Positions 19,901-29,109 of a stretch of 64,000 bases of DNA are shown here, in pieces (position 1 is the stretch's first letter; each line of letters opens with the position of its first letter). The translations under genes were made by a program, and so were the position numbers. The DNA comes from an uncultured Actinomycetota bacterium. GTDB lineage: Bacteria > Actinomycetota > Actinomycetes > Mycobacteriales > Pseudonocardiaceae. Location of the stretch: the NCBI GenBank assembly GCA_963785135.1, contig CAWATV010000009.1, positions 85,173-149,172 on the forward strand, given 5' to 3'. The notes under the pieces are model-generated. The model made no database searches, was not told the origin of the DNA, and was given only the letters and a program-made list of their open reading frames with translations.

Positions 19901-20435
19901 TCAGCGGCCGCGGCGGGGCCGGGAGAGCATGTGCGAGCGCGTCTGGCGCTTGTCACCGAACACGAGCTCGGAGATGGCCTCGTAGACCTCTTCGGGGTCG
20001 GGCAGGTAGTGGATTCTGGTTGAGCGCCTGGATCTGGCCCGCCGACTCGATGACCATCGTCCCGTAGCCGAGCAGCCGGCCGTTGAACGTGCGGATGAAG
20101 CTCAGGTCGGTGACCTTGGTGAGCGGCATCATGCCGACGCTGTGGGTGAAGATCCCCTTGGTGAGCATGACGCGCTTGTCGGTGACGACGACCTTCTCCA
20201 CCCACCACTCGCTGACCTTGTAGCTGGTCTTGAGCAGCACGAGCAGCGCGCCGTACCAGAACAGGTTGTCCAGGACCTGGTTCTGCGGGAGGAAGGCGGC
20301 CCCGATCGCGAGCAGCACGAACAGGACGACGGCCTGGAGGACCTCGCCGAGGATGACCGCCCAGTGCCGCCGGAACCGGATCACCCTGCGTTCGGTGGGC
20401 AGGACGTACTCGTCGACCTCGCGGGGTGCCAGCAC
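19901..20435 (-). CDS. Membrane-flanked bacterial PH-domain protein, apparent +1 frameshift at about 20015-20018
   Basis: YVLPTERRVIRFRRHWAV, two TM segments, VVTDKRV, GRLLGYGTMVIESAGQ; the corrected tail reads IHYLPDPEEVYEAISELVFGDK..* with the stop at 19901. Confidence 0.85.
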
Positions 20436-20457
20436 GGCGCCACCCTCCCGACTGCGC

Positions 20458-20616
20458 TCAGAACAGAGCGCGGATGAACGCCACGATATTCGATGCGGCG
20501 TCGCTGAGGATGTTCAGGATGTTCAGCACGAGGTCTGCGGACCCCTGGGGCTGGGAGATCACGAAGAAGAGCGCGAACGCGACCCCCACGAAGATGCCCA
20601 GCTTCTTCACGTCCAC
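20458..20616 (-). CDS. 52-aa small membrane protein (not in ORF track)
   Basis: MDVKKLGIFVGVAFALFFVISQPQGSADLVLNILNILSDAASNIVAFIRALF*; GAGGGA SD; basic N-terminus, TM helix, then an amphipathic helix. Confidence 0.75.
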   Translation of the reverse strand: MDVKKLGIFVGVAFALFFVISQPQGSADLVLNILNILSDAASNIVAFIRALF

Positions 20617-20720
20617 CGTGGGTCCCTCGCGGTCGTCGGTCGAAGATCGTGCTCACGGAGTATGGATGCGGCCGGACGAGCACGGGAATCCGGCACGGGG
20701 TGATACTAGTGTGATCTCGT

Positions 20721-21173
20721 GTGACGATGCGTGACATCGGTGCGGACCGCGGCGCGTCGCGACTCGTGTCCTGCGTGGGCGGCATCGTCGCCGACGGTGC
20801 GGGCCGCCTGCTCCTCGTCCGCCGGGCCCACCCGCCCGAGGCCGGCCGGTGGTCACTGCCCGGCGGGAAGGTCGAGGACGGCGAATCCCTCCCCGAGGCC
20901 GCGGCGCGCGAGATCGTCGAGGAGACCGGCCTGAGGGTGGTCGTCGGCGACGAGGTCGGAGCCGTGCGCCGCGACGCCCCGGACGGCCGCGTCTTCGACA
21001 TCCACGACTTCCGCTGCCGCCCCGTCGACCCCGCCGCCGAGCCCCGCGCCGGCGACGACGCCGCCGACGCACGCTGGGTGGACGCCGCGGCCTACACCGC
21101 CCTCGACGCCGCCGGCGAGCTCGCCGCGGGCCTCACCGCGGCCCTGCGCGCGTGGGACTGCCTCCCCCGCTGA
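20721..21173 (+). CDS. NUDIX hydrolase
   Basis: Nudix box [23 protein letters not shown]; start uncertain. Confidence 0.9.
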   Translation: MTMRDIGADRGASRLVSCVGGIVADGAGRLLLVRRAHPPEAGRWSLPGGKVEDGESLPEAAAREIVEETGLRVVVGDEVGAVRRDAPDGRVFDIHDFRCRPVDPAAEPRAGDDAADARWVDAAAYTALDAAGELAAGLTAALRAWDCLPR

Positions 21174-21201
21174 CCTGCCGCATCTCCTCGGCGCGACGCG
21201 G

Positions 21202-21717
21202 TTAGCGCTGGGGAACGGGTCGGCGGGGCTGCTCGGTCTCCGCCGGATCCTGGGGGCCTGCGTCCCCGGTGGGGCGCTTGGGCACCATCACCTTGCGGCG
21301 GTAGATGCAGACGACGACGCCGTCCTGGTTGTAGCCGATGGTCTCGACCGACACGACGCCGCGGTCGTTCTTCGACGATGACTCCTTCTTGTCCAGCACC
21401 GTCGACTCGCCGTAGATCGTGTCGCCGTGGAAGACCGGCTTGACGTGGCGCAGGGACTCGACCTCGAGGTTGGCGATGGCCTTGCCCGAGACGTCGGCCA
21501 CGGACATGCCCAGCAGCAGCGAGTAGACGTAGTTGCCGACGACGACGTTGCGCCCCTGCTGGGTGCCCTCGGCGTAGTGGGCGTCGAGGTGCAGGGGGTG
21601 GTGGTTCATCGTGATCAGGCAGAAGAGGTGGTCGTCGTACTCCGTGACCGTCTTGCCGGGCCAGTGCTTGTACACCGCCCCCACCTCGAACTCCTCGAAG
21701 TACCGGCCGAACTGCAC
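21202..21717 (-). CDS. MaoC-family dehydratase (mesaconyl-CoA hydratase-like)
   Basis: MQFGRYFEEFEVGAVYKHWPGKTVTEYDDHLFCLITMNHHPLHLD; AGGAGG SD. Confidence 0.88.
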   Translation of the reverse strand: MQFGRYFEEFEVGAVYKHWPGKTVTEYDDHLFCLITMNHHPLHLDAHYAEGTQQGRNVVVGNYVYSLLLGMSVADVSGKAIANLEVESLRHVKPVFHGDTIYGESTVLDKKESSSKNDRGVVSVETIGYNQDGVVVCIYRRKVMVPKRPTGDAGPQDPAETEQPRRPVPQR

Positions 21718-21845
21718 GGGTCCGCCTCCTGAACGTGGCTGATCGGGACGGTGGCTCCGGGGTCCTGCCCGGGCCGCCACCGCGGAAGGTCGCTAGGATG
21801 ACCGATCGTCCGACATCGTGTCGCGCGCGAACGAGGAGGTGAGAC

Positions 21846-21920
21846 GTGGACGACTCCGCAGCCGACGGCCTGCCCTCCAGTACGGGCCGCGTCTCCCTCC
21901 GGCCGGCCCCGACGCGCTGA
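21846..21920 (+). CDS. Candidate 24-aa upstream ORF in the corA leader (MDDSAADGLPSSTGRVSLRPAPTR)
   Basis: GAGGAGGT SD at 21833-21840, 5-nt spacer, GTG; TAGGAT -10-like hexamer at 21794-21799. Confidence 0.4.
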   Translation: MDDSAADGLPSSTGRVSLRPAPTR

Positions 21921-22082
21921 CCGCATGCCGTCGGCAGGCCCGGAGAGGGACGCGGAAGCCGTGGTGGCGAGCGTGCTCGCCCCAGCTGTCCCCCCACCCG
22001 TCTCCGCGCCGCGACCCGTGATCCGGGTCCCGGGCGCCACGATCCCCGTGCTCGTCCGCGACCACGGGATCCGGAGGTCCCC

Positions 22083-23171
22083 ATGCCTGCTCTCCCCGCG
22101 CTCCGCGCCGCCGGGTCCCGCGTGATCCGCCCCGGACGGCCCCGCGCGGCCGGCGCCCCGCACGTCCCGCTCGCCGCCTTCGTCGTCGACTGCGCGGTCT
22201 ACGTCGACGGCAAGCGCCTCGACGGGCGGTGGAACCACCGCGACGCGATCGCCGAGGTCCGCCGCCGCGAGGAGGGCTTCGTGTGGATCGGGCTGCACGA
22301 GCCCGACGCCGAGCAGATCACGGACATCGCCGAGGTGTTCGGGCTGCACCCGCTGGCCGTCGAGGACGCCGTGCACGCCCACCAGCGCCCGAAGATCGAG
22401 CGCTACGACGACATGCTGTTCTCGGTGTTCAAGACGATGCGCTACGTCGCGCACGCCTCGCCGACGACCGCCAACGAGATCGTCGAGTCCGGCGAGCTCA
22501 TGGTCTTCCTGGGGCGCGACTTCGTCGTCACCGTCCGGCACGGACAGCATTCGGGGCTGCGGCGCGTACGCCGCGACCTCGAGGCCGACCCCGAGCACCT
22601 CGCCCAGGGTCCGGCCGTGGTGCTGCACGCGGTCGCCGACCACATCGTGGACGCCTACCTCGACGTCTCGCAGGCCGTCGAGGGCGACATCGACACGATG
22701 GAGGCGGAGGTCTTCGCGCCCTACAGCGAGGTCGGCGCCGAGCAGATCTACCTGATGAAGCGCGAGGTCCTCGAGCTGCGCCGCGCCGTCACCCCGCTGG
22801 TGACGCCGATCCGCCGGCTCACCGAGGGCTACTCGCCGCTGGTGCCCACGGAGGTGCGCAGCTACTTCCGCGACGTCGACGACCACCTCGCCACCGTGGG
22901 CGAGCGCGTCGGCTCGTTCGACGAGCTGCTCACGACGCTGGTCGACGCCGTCCTCGCCAAGATCACGCTGCGCCAGAACAACGACATGCGCAAGATCACC
23001 GCCTACGCCGCGCTGCTGGCGGTGCCCACGATGCTCGCCGGCATCTACGGCATGAACTTCGACTACATGCCCGAACTGCACTCGCCGTACGGATACCCCG
23101 CGGTCCTGCTCGCCATCGTGGTCATCTGTGGCGTGCTCTGGCGGACCTTCCGCCGCAACCGCTGGTTGTAG
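22083..23171 (+). CDS. corA: CorA-family Mg2+/Co2+ transporter
   Basis: FVWIGLHEP, LHPLAVEDA, HQRPKIERY, AGIYGMNF (GMN signature), two C-terminal TM helices. Confidence 0.95.
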   Translation: MPALPALRAAGSRVIRPGRPRAAGAPHVPLAAFVVDCAVYVDGKRLDGRWNHRDAIAEVRRREEGFVWIGLHEPDAEQITDIAEVFGLHPLAVEDAVHAHQRPKIERYDDMLFSVFKTMRYVAHASPTTANEIVESGELMVFLGRDFVVTVRHGQHSGLRRVRRDLEADPEHLAQGPAVVLHAVADHIVDAYLDVSQAVEGDIDTMEAEVFAPYSEVGAEQIYLMKREVLELRRAVTPLVTPIRRLTEGYSPLVPTEVRSYFRDVDDHLATVGERVGSFDELLTTLVDAVLAKITLRQNNDMRKITAYAALLAVPTMLAGIYGMNFDYMPELHSPYGYPAVLLAIVVICGVLWRTFRRNRWL

Positions 23172-23260
23172 CCCGCTGGCCCGTTCGTCGGGACGCGAAG
23201 ATTCGTTGTCGTGGCTAAGCTCACCCCCGCCGTATCGCCACGTACGTGGAGGTGAGCCGC

Positions 23261-24748
23261 ATGACGACGTCGTCGCCGGCCCAGGGGTCGGTCCGCAGCC
23301 TGATCCCGGCGCGCATCGACCGCCTGCCGTGGTCGCCGTTCCACACCCGCATGGTCGTGGCCCTCGGGACCTGCTGGGTCCTCGACGGCCTCGAGATCAC
23401 CATCGCCAGCAACGTCGGCGAGAAGCTCACCGACAGCGACCGCCTGGGCCTGTCGACCACCGCGGTGGGGTTCCTCGCCACGGTCTACCTGCTCGGACAG
23501 GTGGTCGGAGCGCTGGTCTTCGGCAACCTCTCCGACCGGCTCGGGCGCCGCAAACTGTTCTTCATCACGCTGGCGATCTACTTCGGCGGCAGCGCGCTCA
23601 CGGCCTTCACCATCGGCTCCGGAGCCTTGTCGCTGACGTTCCTCTACGCGACCCGCTTCATCGCGGGCGCCGGGATCGGCGGCGAGTACGCGGCGATCAA
23701 CTCGGCCATCGACGAGCTGATCCCGGCCCGGTACCGCGGTCAGACCGACATCGCCGTCAACGGCACCTACTGGGCCGGCGCCGCGATCGCCGCGGCGATC
23801 CAGGTCCCGTTGCTGTCGGGCGCCATCAGCCCGGGTCTCGACTGGCGGGTCGCCTTCCTCATCGGCCCGGTTCTGGCCCTCGTCATCATCGTGCTCCGTC
23901 GATCGGTGCCCGAGAGCCCGCGGTGGCTGATCATGCACGGACGCAGCGAGGAGGCCGAGCGGTCGATCGACTACATCGAGCGCGAGGTCGCCGCGACGGG
24001 CAAGACGGTCGACCCCGTCGACGAGACCAAGGCACTGGACATCCGGCCGAGCCCGCAGACCGGGTACGTCGCGCTGCTGCGGGTGCTGTTCCGGACCTAT
24101 CCGGGCCGCTCCACGCTCGGCGCGGTCCTCATGATCACCCAGTCGTTCCTCTACAACGCGATCTTCTTCTCGTACGCGATCGTGCTGGCGAACTTCTACC
24201 TCGGGCCGGACGCGGACACCTCGATCTACTACATCCCGTTCGCGATCGGGAACTTCCTCGGCCCCATCCTGCTGGGACGGTTCTTCGACACGATCGGGCG
24301 ACGGAAGATGATCGCCGGGACCTACATCCTGGCCGGCGGGCTGCTGGTGATCAGCGCCTTCCTGTTCCGGGCCGGCGTGCTCACCGCCACCACCCAGACC
24401 GTCGCCTGGTGCATCATCTTCTTCTTCGCGTCGGCCGGGGCGAGCGCCGCGTACCTCACGGTCAGCGAGATCTTCCCGATGGAGGTGCGCGCCAAGGCGA
24501 TCGCGGTCTTCTTCGCGATCGCCCAGGTCTTCGGGTCGGTGGCGCCGCTGGTCTACGCCGCCATGATCGGACCGAAGGACGCCCCGAGCGAGTCCGGCCT
24601 GTTCTGGGCCTACATCCTCGGCGCCGTCGTCATGATGATCGGCGGCGTGGTCGCGGCCGTCCTCGGCGTCGACGCGGAGCGCAAGTCGCTCGAGGACGTC
24701 GCCATCCCGCTCTCCGTCGTGCGCGCCACCGGCGTGGGCGGGTCCTGA
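23261..24748 (+). CDS. MFS transporter (sugar porter / aromatic acid:H+ symporter-like)
   Basis: ARIDRLPWSPFH, LSDRLGRRKLF, RFIAGAGIGGE, ESPRWL, DTIGRRKMI; GGAGGT SD. Confidence 0.92.
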   Translation: MTTSSPAQGSVRSLIPARIDRLPWSPFHTRMVVALGTCWVLDGLEITIASNVGEKLTDSDRLGLSTTAVGFLATVYLLGQVVGALVFGNLSDRLGRRKLFFITLAIYFGGSALTAFTIGSGALSLTFLYATRFIAGAGIGGEYAAINSAIDELIPARYRGQTDIAVNGTYWAGAAIAAAIQVPLLSGAISPGLDWRVAFLIGPVLALVIIVLRRSVPESPRWLIMHGRSEEAERSIDYIEREVAATGKTVDPVDETKALDIRPSPQTGYVALLRVLFRTYPGRSTLGAVLMITQSFLYNAIFFSYAIVLANFYLGPDADTSIYYIPFAIGNFLGPILLGRFFDTIGRRKMIAGTYILAGGLLVISAFLFRAGVLTATTQTVAWCIIFFFASAGASAAYLTVSEIFPMEVRAKAIAVFFAIAQVFGSVAPLVYAAMIGPKDAPSESGLFWAYILGAVVMMIGGVVAAVLGVDAERKSLEDVAIPLSVVRATGVGGS

Positions 24749-24778
24749 CCGCCAGGGACCTCCCGTGCCGGGTGACGA

Positions 24779-25294
24779 TCAGCCGTCGGTGCCCATGGCG
24801 AGCTTGCCGAGCATGTCGCGGGCCTGCTCGGCGCTGCGGGGCTGGCAGAGGACGTCGTAGCGCCCGGCCACGAGCTGGCTGGACGAGGTGAAGTCGCGGC
24901 GCCCGCGCGACGCGCCGTAGGTGATCGCACCGGAGACGACGCCGAACACGATGCCGATGATCAGTCCGGTCAGGATCGAGGGCAGTCCGCCGGTCGGCGA
25001 GAGCAGGCCGAGCACGAGGCCGACGAACAGGCCGAGCCACGCCCCGGACGCGGCGCCGGTGACCAGGACGCGACCCCAGGTCAGCCGGCCGATGACGCGC
25101 TCGACGAGCATCAGGTCGACGCCGACGATGGTGACGTCGGCGACCGGGAAGGCGTTGTCGGCCAGGTGGTCGACCGCCCGCTGGGCCTCCTCGTACTTGG
25201 CGTAGGAGCCGACCGGCCACCCGGTGGGCGGCTCGGGCAGGTTGGGCAGGCCCGGCTGGGCCCCGGGGCGGTTCGGTGTGAACGGGGCAGACAC
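24779..25294 (-). CDS. General stress protein-like membrane protein (17M-like domain)
   Basis: VGSYAKYEEAQRAVDHLAD, VERVIGRLTWG, GAWLGLFVG, RRDFTSSSQLVAGRYDV. Confidence 0.8.
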   Translation of the reverse strand: MSAPFTPNRPGAQPGLPNLPEPPTGWPVGSYAKYEEAQRAVDHLADNAFPVADVTIVGVDLMLVERVIGRLTWGRVLVTGAASGAWLGLFVGLVLGLLSPTGGLPSILTGLIIGIVFGVVSGAITYGASRGRRDFTSSSQLVAGRYDVLCQPRSAEQARDMLGKLAMGTDG

Positions 25295-25425
25295 GACGAT
25301 CCTCTCGCGGCGGCGGACTCTGGTCCGTCAAACGACGAACCCGGCTCGGGAGTGCCCGGGCCGGGTCGACGTGTGAGGTTCCGGACGGTACCGCCGGACG
25401 GGCGAGCGGCCCAGGTGCGCGCCGG

Positions 25426-26619
25426 TCAGCGCAGCTTGTAGTCCTTGAGCAGACCACGGCTGATGATCGTCTTCTGGATCTCCGAGGTGCCCTCACCGAT
25501 GAGCAGGAACGGGGCCTCGCGCATGAGGCGCTCGATCTCGTACTCCTTGGAGTAGCCGTAGCCGCCGTGGATGCGGAACGACTCCTCGGTGACCTCCTTG
25601 CAGTACTCGGAGGCGAGCATCTTGGCCATGCCGGCCTCGACGTCGTTGCGCTCGCCGCGGTCCTTGAGGCTCGCGGCGTTGACCATCATGTGGTGCGCGG
25701 CCTCGACCTTGGTGGCCATCTCGGCGAGCTTGAAGGCGATCGCCTGGTGCTGCGCGATCGGCTTGCCGAAGGTCGAGCGCTGCTGGGCGTACTCGATGCC
25801 CAGCTCGAACGCGCGGATCGCGATGCCGCACGCGCGGGCGGCCACGTTGACGCGGCCGACCTCGACGCCGTCCATCATCTGCGCGAAGCCCTTGCCGGGC
25901 GCGTGGCCCAGCACCTGGCTCTGCGGGATGCGGTGGCCGTCGAACACCATCTCGGTGGTGTCGACGCCCTTGTAGCCCATCTTGTCGATCTTGCCGGGGA
26001 TCGAGAGCCCCTCGGCGACCTTGCCGAACCCGCGGGGCTTGTCGACCAGCAGCGTCGTCAGGTTCTGGTAGGGCTTCTCCGCGCCCTCGTCGGTCTTGAC
26101 CAGCACCGCGGTGAGGTTCGAGCTGCCACCGTTGGTCAGCCACATCTTGGCGCCGTTGACCACGTAGTCGTCGCCGTCGGCCTTGGCGCTGGTCTTGATG
26201 GCGGCGACGTCGGAGCCGAGGTCGGGCTCGGACATCGAGAACGACCCGGTGATCTCGCCGGTCGCCATCTTCGGCAGGTAGTACGCCTTCTGCTCGTCGG
26301 TGCCGTGCTGGCGGATCATGTAGGCCACGATGAAGTGGGTGTTGATCACGCCGGAGACGCTCATCCACCCGCGCGCGATCTGCTCGACGACGAGTGCGTA
26401 GGTCAGCAGCGACTCGCCCAGGCCGTCGTACTCCTCGGGGATCATGAGCCCGAACAGGCCCATCTCCTTCATGCCGTCGACGATCGCCTGGGGGTACTCG
26501 TCGGCGTGCTCGAGCTCCTGGGCGTGCGGGATGACCTCCTTGTCCACGAAGTCGCGGACGGTGGAGAGGATCTCGGTCTGGACGTCGGTCAGACCGGCGG
26601 TCTGGGCGAGGCGAGCCAT
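25426..26619 (-). CDS. Acyl-CoA dehydrogenase (methylsuccinyl-CoA dehydrogenase-like)
   Basis: MARLAQTAGLTDVQTEIL, FSMSEPDLGSDV, NGAKMWLTNG, IHGGYGYSKEYEIERLMR, IGEGTSEIQ. Confidence 0.92.
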   Translation of the reverse strand: MARLAQTAGLTDVQTEILSTVRDFVDKEVIPHAQELEHADEYPQAIVDGMKEMGLFGLMIPEEYDGLGESLLTYALVVEQIARGWMSVSGVINTHFIVAYMIRQHGTDEQKAYYLPKMATGEITGSFSMSEPDLGSDVAAIKTSAKADGDDYVVNGAKMWLTNGGSSNLTAVLVKTDEGAEKPYQNLTTLLVDKPRGFGKVAEGLSIPGKIDKMGYKGVDTTEMVFDGHRIPQSQVLGHAPGKGFAQMMDGVEVGRVNVAARACGIAIRAFELGIEYAQQRSTFGKPIAQHQAIAFKLAEMATKVEAAHHMMVNAASLKDRGERNDVEAGMAKMLASEYCKEVTEESFRIHGGYGYSKEYEIERLMREAPFLLIGEGTSEIQKTIISRGLLKDYKLR

Positions 26620-26669
26620 GGTCGTGCTCCTGCTTCTCCGTGGGAAGTTACCGGCCAGTATGCCCCTGC

Positions 26670-27629
26670 TCAGGACTCCGGCGGGGTCCAGCGCTCGCCG
26701 CGGGTCATGCCGGCGGCGCGGCCCTTGCCCGCGATGACCAGGGCCATCTTGCGGGAGGCCTCGTCGATCATCTCGTCGCCGATCATCGCCGAGCCCTTCT
26801 TCCCACCGGCTTCGGAGGTGAAGTACTCGTAGGCGTCGAGGATGTTCTCGGCGTGGTCGTAGTCGGACTGCCCGGGCGAGAACACCTCGTTGGCGGCGTC
26901 GATCTGGCCGGGGTGCAGCACCCACTTGCCGTCGAAGCCCAGCGCCGCGGAGCGACCGGCGACGCGGCGGAAGCCGTCGACGTCGCGGATCTGGAGGTAC
27001 GGGCCGTCGACGGCCTGCAGGTCGTAGGCGCGGGCCGCCATGAGGATCTGCATGAGGATGTAGTGGTAGGCGTCGCCCACGTCGTAGCCCGGGGGCTGCT
27101 CGCCGACGACGAGCGACTTCATGTTGATGCTGGCCATGAAGTCGGCGGGGCCGAAGATGATGGTCTCGTTGCGCGGCGACGCGGCGGCGATGGCGTTGAC
27201 GTTGGTCAGGCCCATCGCGTTCTCGATCTGGGCCTCGATGCCGATCTTCCCGACCTCGTAGCCCATGGTCTTCTCGATCTGGGTGAGCAGCATGTCCAGG
27301 GCGTGGACCTGCGCGGCGTTCTGCACCTTGGGCAGCATGATCGCGTCCAGGTTCGCGCCCGCGCCCTCGACGACCTCGGTCACGTCGCGGTAGGTCCACT
27401 CGGTCGTCCAGTCGTTGACGCGGACCACGCGGGTCTTGCCCTCCCAGCCGCCCTCGTTCAGGGCCGCCACGATGGTCTTGCGGGCGTCCGGCTTGGCCAG
27501 CGGCGCGCAGGCGTCCTCGAGGTCCAGGAAGATCTGGTCGGCGGGCAGCGTGCGCGCCTTGTCGATGAACTTCTGGCTCGAGCCCGGCACCGCCAGGCAC
27601 GACCGGCGCGGACGGTTCTCGACACTCAC
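26670..27629 (-). CDS. HpcH/HpaI aldolase-citrate lyase family CoA-ester lyase (malyl/methylmalyl-CoA lyase-like)
   Basis: RRSCLAVPGS, IFLDLEDA, VVRVN, IMLPKV, EAQIEN, FGPADF, GKWVLHPGQ, GDEMIDEA. Confidence 0.9.
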   Translation of the reverse strand: MSVENRPRRSCLAVPGSSQKFIDKARTLPADQIFLDLEDACAPLAKPDARKTIVAALNEGGWEGKTRVVRVNDWTTEWTYRDVTEVVEGAGANLDAIMLPKVQNAAQVHALDMLLTQIEKTMGYEVGKIGIEAQIENAMGLTNVNAIAAASPRNETIIFGPADFMASINMKSLVVGEQPPGYDVGDAYHYILMQILMAARAYDLQAVDGPYLQIRDVDGFRRVAGRSAALGFDGKWVLHPGQIDAANEVFSPGQSDYDHAENILDAYEYFTSEAGGKKGSAMIGDEMIDEASRKMALVIAGKGRAAGMTRGERWTPPES

Positions 27630-27795
27630 CTGCGTAGACCTCCTCGACGACGGCGACGGCGTCCACCTGCAGACGGCCGTCGGCGGATGCTGACATGCCC
27701 GTGCGCGGAGCATCGGGTGAGGTGAGGACCCTCTCACCGATGACTCGATCCAGCTCTGCGACGGCCCGGCTCGCCGCGACGGTTAGCCTTCTCCG

Positions 27796-29109
27796 GTGAG
27801 TACCGCCATGACCAGGGTGTTCGTCGCCCGGATGGTCGGGCTTCCCGTCCTGGGCCCGGACGGGGAGCGCATCGGCCGGGTGCGCGATGCGGTGTGCGCG
27901 GTGACCGTCGGCCCGCGACCACCCCGGGTGCTCGGCCTGGTGGTCGGCGTCGGGTCCCGGCGCCGCATCTTCGTGCCGATGCTGCGGATCACCGCGGTCG
28001 ACGCGGGCGCCGTGACGCTGGCCACCGGCCAGGTCAACCTGCGCCCGTTCGCGCAGCGTCCCAACGAGGTGCTCGTCGTCGGCGAGATGCTCGACGCCCG
28101 GGTGCGGGTGGTCGACCACGACACCGACGCGACCGTCTCCGACGTCCTCATGGAGCACACCCGCAGCCGCGACTGGCTGATCACGCGCCTCGCCGTCCGC
28201 GAGCTGGTCGGGCGCCTCGGCCGCCGCGGTCCCGTCCAGGTCCTGCCCTGGCAGGCCGTCAGCGGGCTCTCGCTCTCGGAGACGGGCCAGGGCACCGAGC
28301 AGCTGCTGGCCACGTACGAGGACATGCGCCCCGCCGACGTCGCGCACGCCCTGCTCGACCTGCCGCGCCGGCGGCGCCACGACGTCGCCGACGGCCTGGG
28401 CGACGACCGCCTCGCCGACGTCCTCGAGGAGCTGCCGAGCACCGAGCAGCAGGACCTGCTGCGCCACCTCACCCACGAGCGCGCCGCCGACGTGCTCGAG
28501 GAGATGGACCCCGACGACGCCGCCGACCTGCTCGCCGACCTCCCCGGGCCGGAGTCCGAACAGCTGCTGGGCCTGATGGAGCCCGAGGACTCCGAGCCGG
28601 TGCGCCGCCTGCTGAGCTACTCGTCGAACACCGCGGGCGGGCTGATGACGCCCGAGCCGATCGTGCTGGCTCCCGGGGCGACGATCGCCGAGGCGCTCGC
28701 CCACGTCCGCAACCCCGACATCACCCCGGCGCTGGCCAGCATGGTGTTCGTCTGCCGGCCGCCGTCGGCCACGCCCACCGGGCGCTACCTCGGGTGCGTG
28801 CACTCCCAGGCCCTGCTGCGCGAGGCCCCGTCGGAGCTGGTCGCGGGCGTGCTCGACGCGGAGCTCACGCGGCTCGGGCCGGACGCGTCGCTGGCCGAGG
28901 TGACCCGGTACTTCGCCACCTACAACCTGGTGTGCGGCCCGGTGATCGACGAGGCCGGGCACCTGCTCGGCGCGGTCACCGTCGACGACGTCCTCGACCA
29001 CCTGCTGCCCGAGGACTGGCGCTCGCAGCCCGATCCGGACCCGACCCCCGCCCGGCCCGCCACGCCCCCGGCGTCAGCCGCCTCCGTCGATGGAGCCCGC
29101 CGTGGCTGA
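27796..29109 (+). CDS. MgtE N-terminal/CBS domain protein without the transmembrane domain (Rv1232c-like)
   Basis: PRC-like N-terminus, repeated LEEMDPDDAADLL, TAGGLMTPEP, LLGAVTVDDVLDHLLP; TAGCCT -10 lies 6 nt before the GTG (leaderless). Confidence 0.88.
   Translation: MSTAMTRVFVARMVGLPVLGPDGERIGRVRDAVCAVTVGPRPPRVLGLVVGVGSRRRIFVPMLRITAVDAGAVTLATGQVNLRPFAQRPNEVLVVGEMLDARVRVVDHDTDATVSDVLMEHTRSRDWLITRLAVRELVGRLGRRGPVQVLPWQAVSGLSLSETGQGTEQLLATYEDMRPADVAHALLDLPRRRRHDVADGLGDDRLADVLEELPSTEQQDLLRHLTHERAADVLEEMDPDDAADLLADLPGPESEQLLGLMEPEDSEPVRRLLSYSSNTAGGLMTPEPIVLAPGATIAEALAHVRNPDITPALASMVFVCRPPSATPTGRYLGCVHSQALLREAPSELVAGVLDAELTRLGPDASLAEVTRYFATYNLVCGPVIDEAGHLLGAVTVDDVLDHLLPEDWRSQPDPDPTPARPATPPASAASVDGARRG

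Noticed and set aside
21780-22080. M-box riboswitch upstream of corA or mgtE-N
   Set aside because: I recognised no ykoK consensus; the mgtE-N gene looks leaderless
21925-22125. 66-aa ORF overlapping the corA start
   Set aside because: No SD, low-complexity product, out of frame with corA
25330-25360. GGGCAC-N18-GTT ECF-like promoter for the general stress protein gene
   Set aside because: The -35 element departs from the GGAAY consensus; too weak to call
25426-29001. 1191-aa ORF ending in an acyl-CoA dehydrogenase
   Set aside because: The N-terminal two thirds are antisense or off-frame shadows of mgtE-N and the lyase
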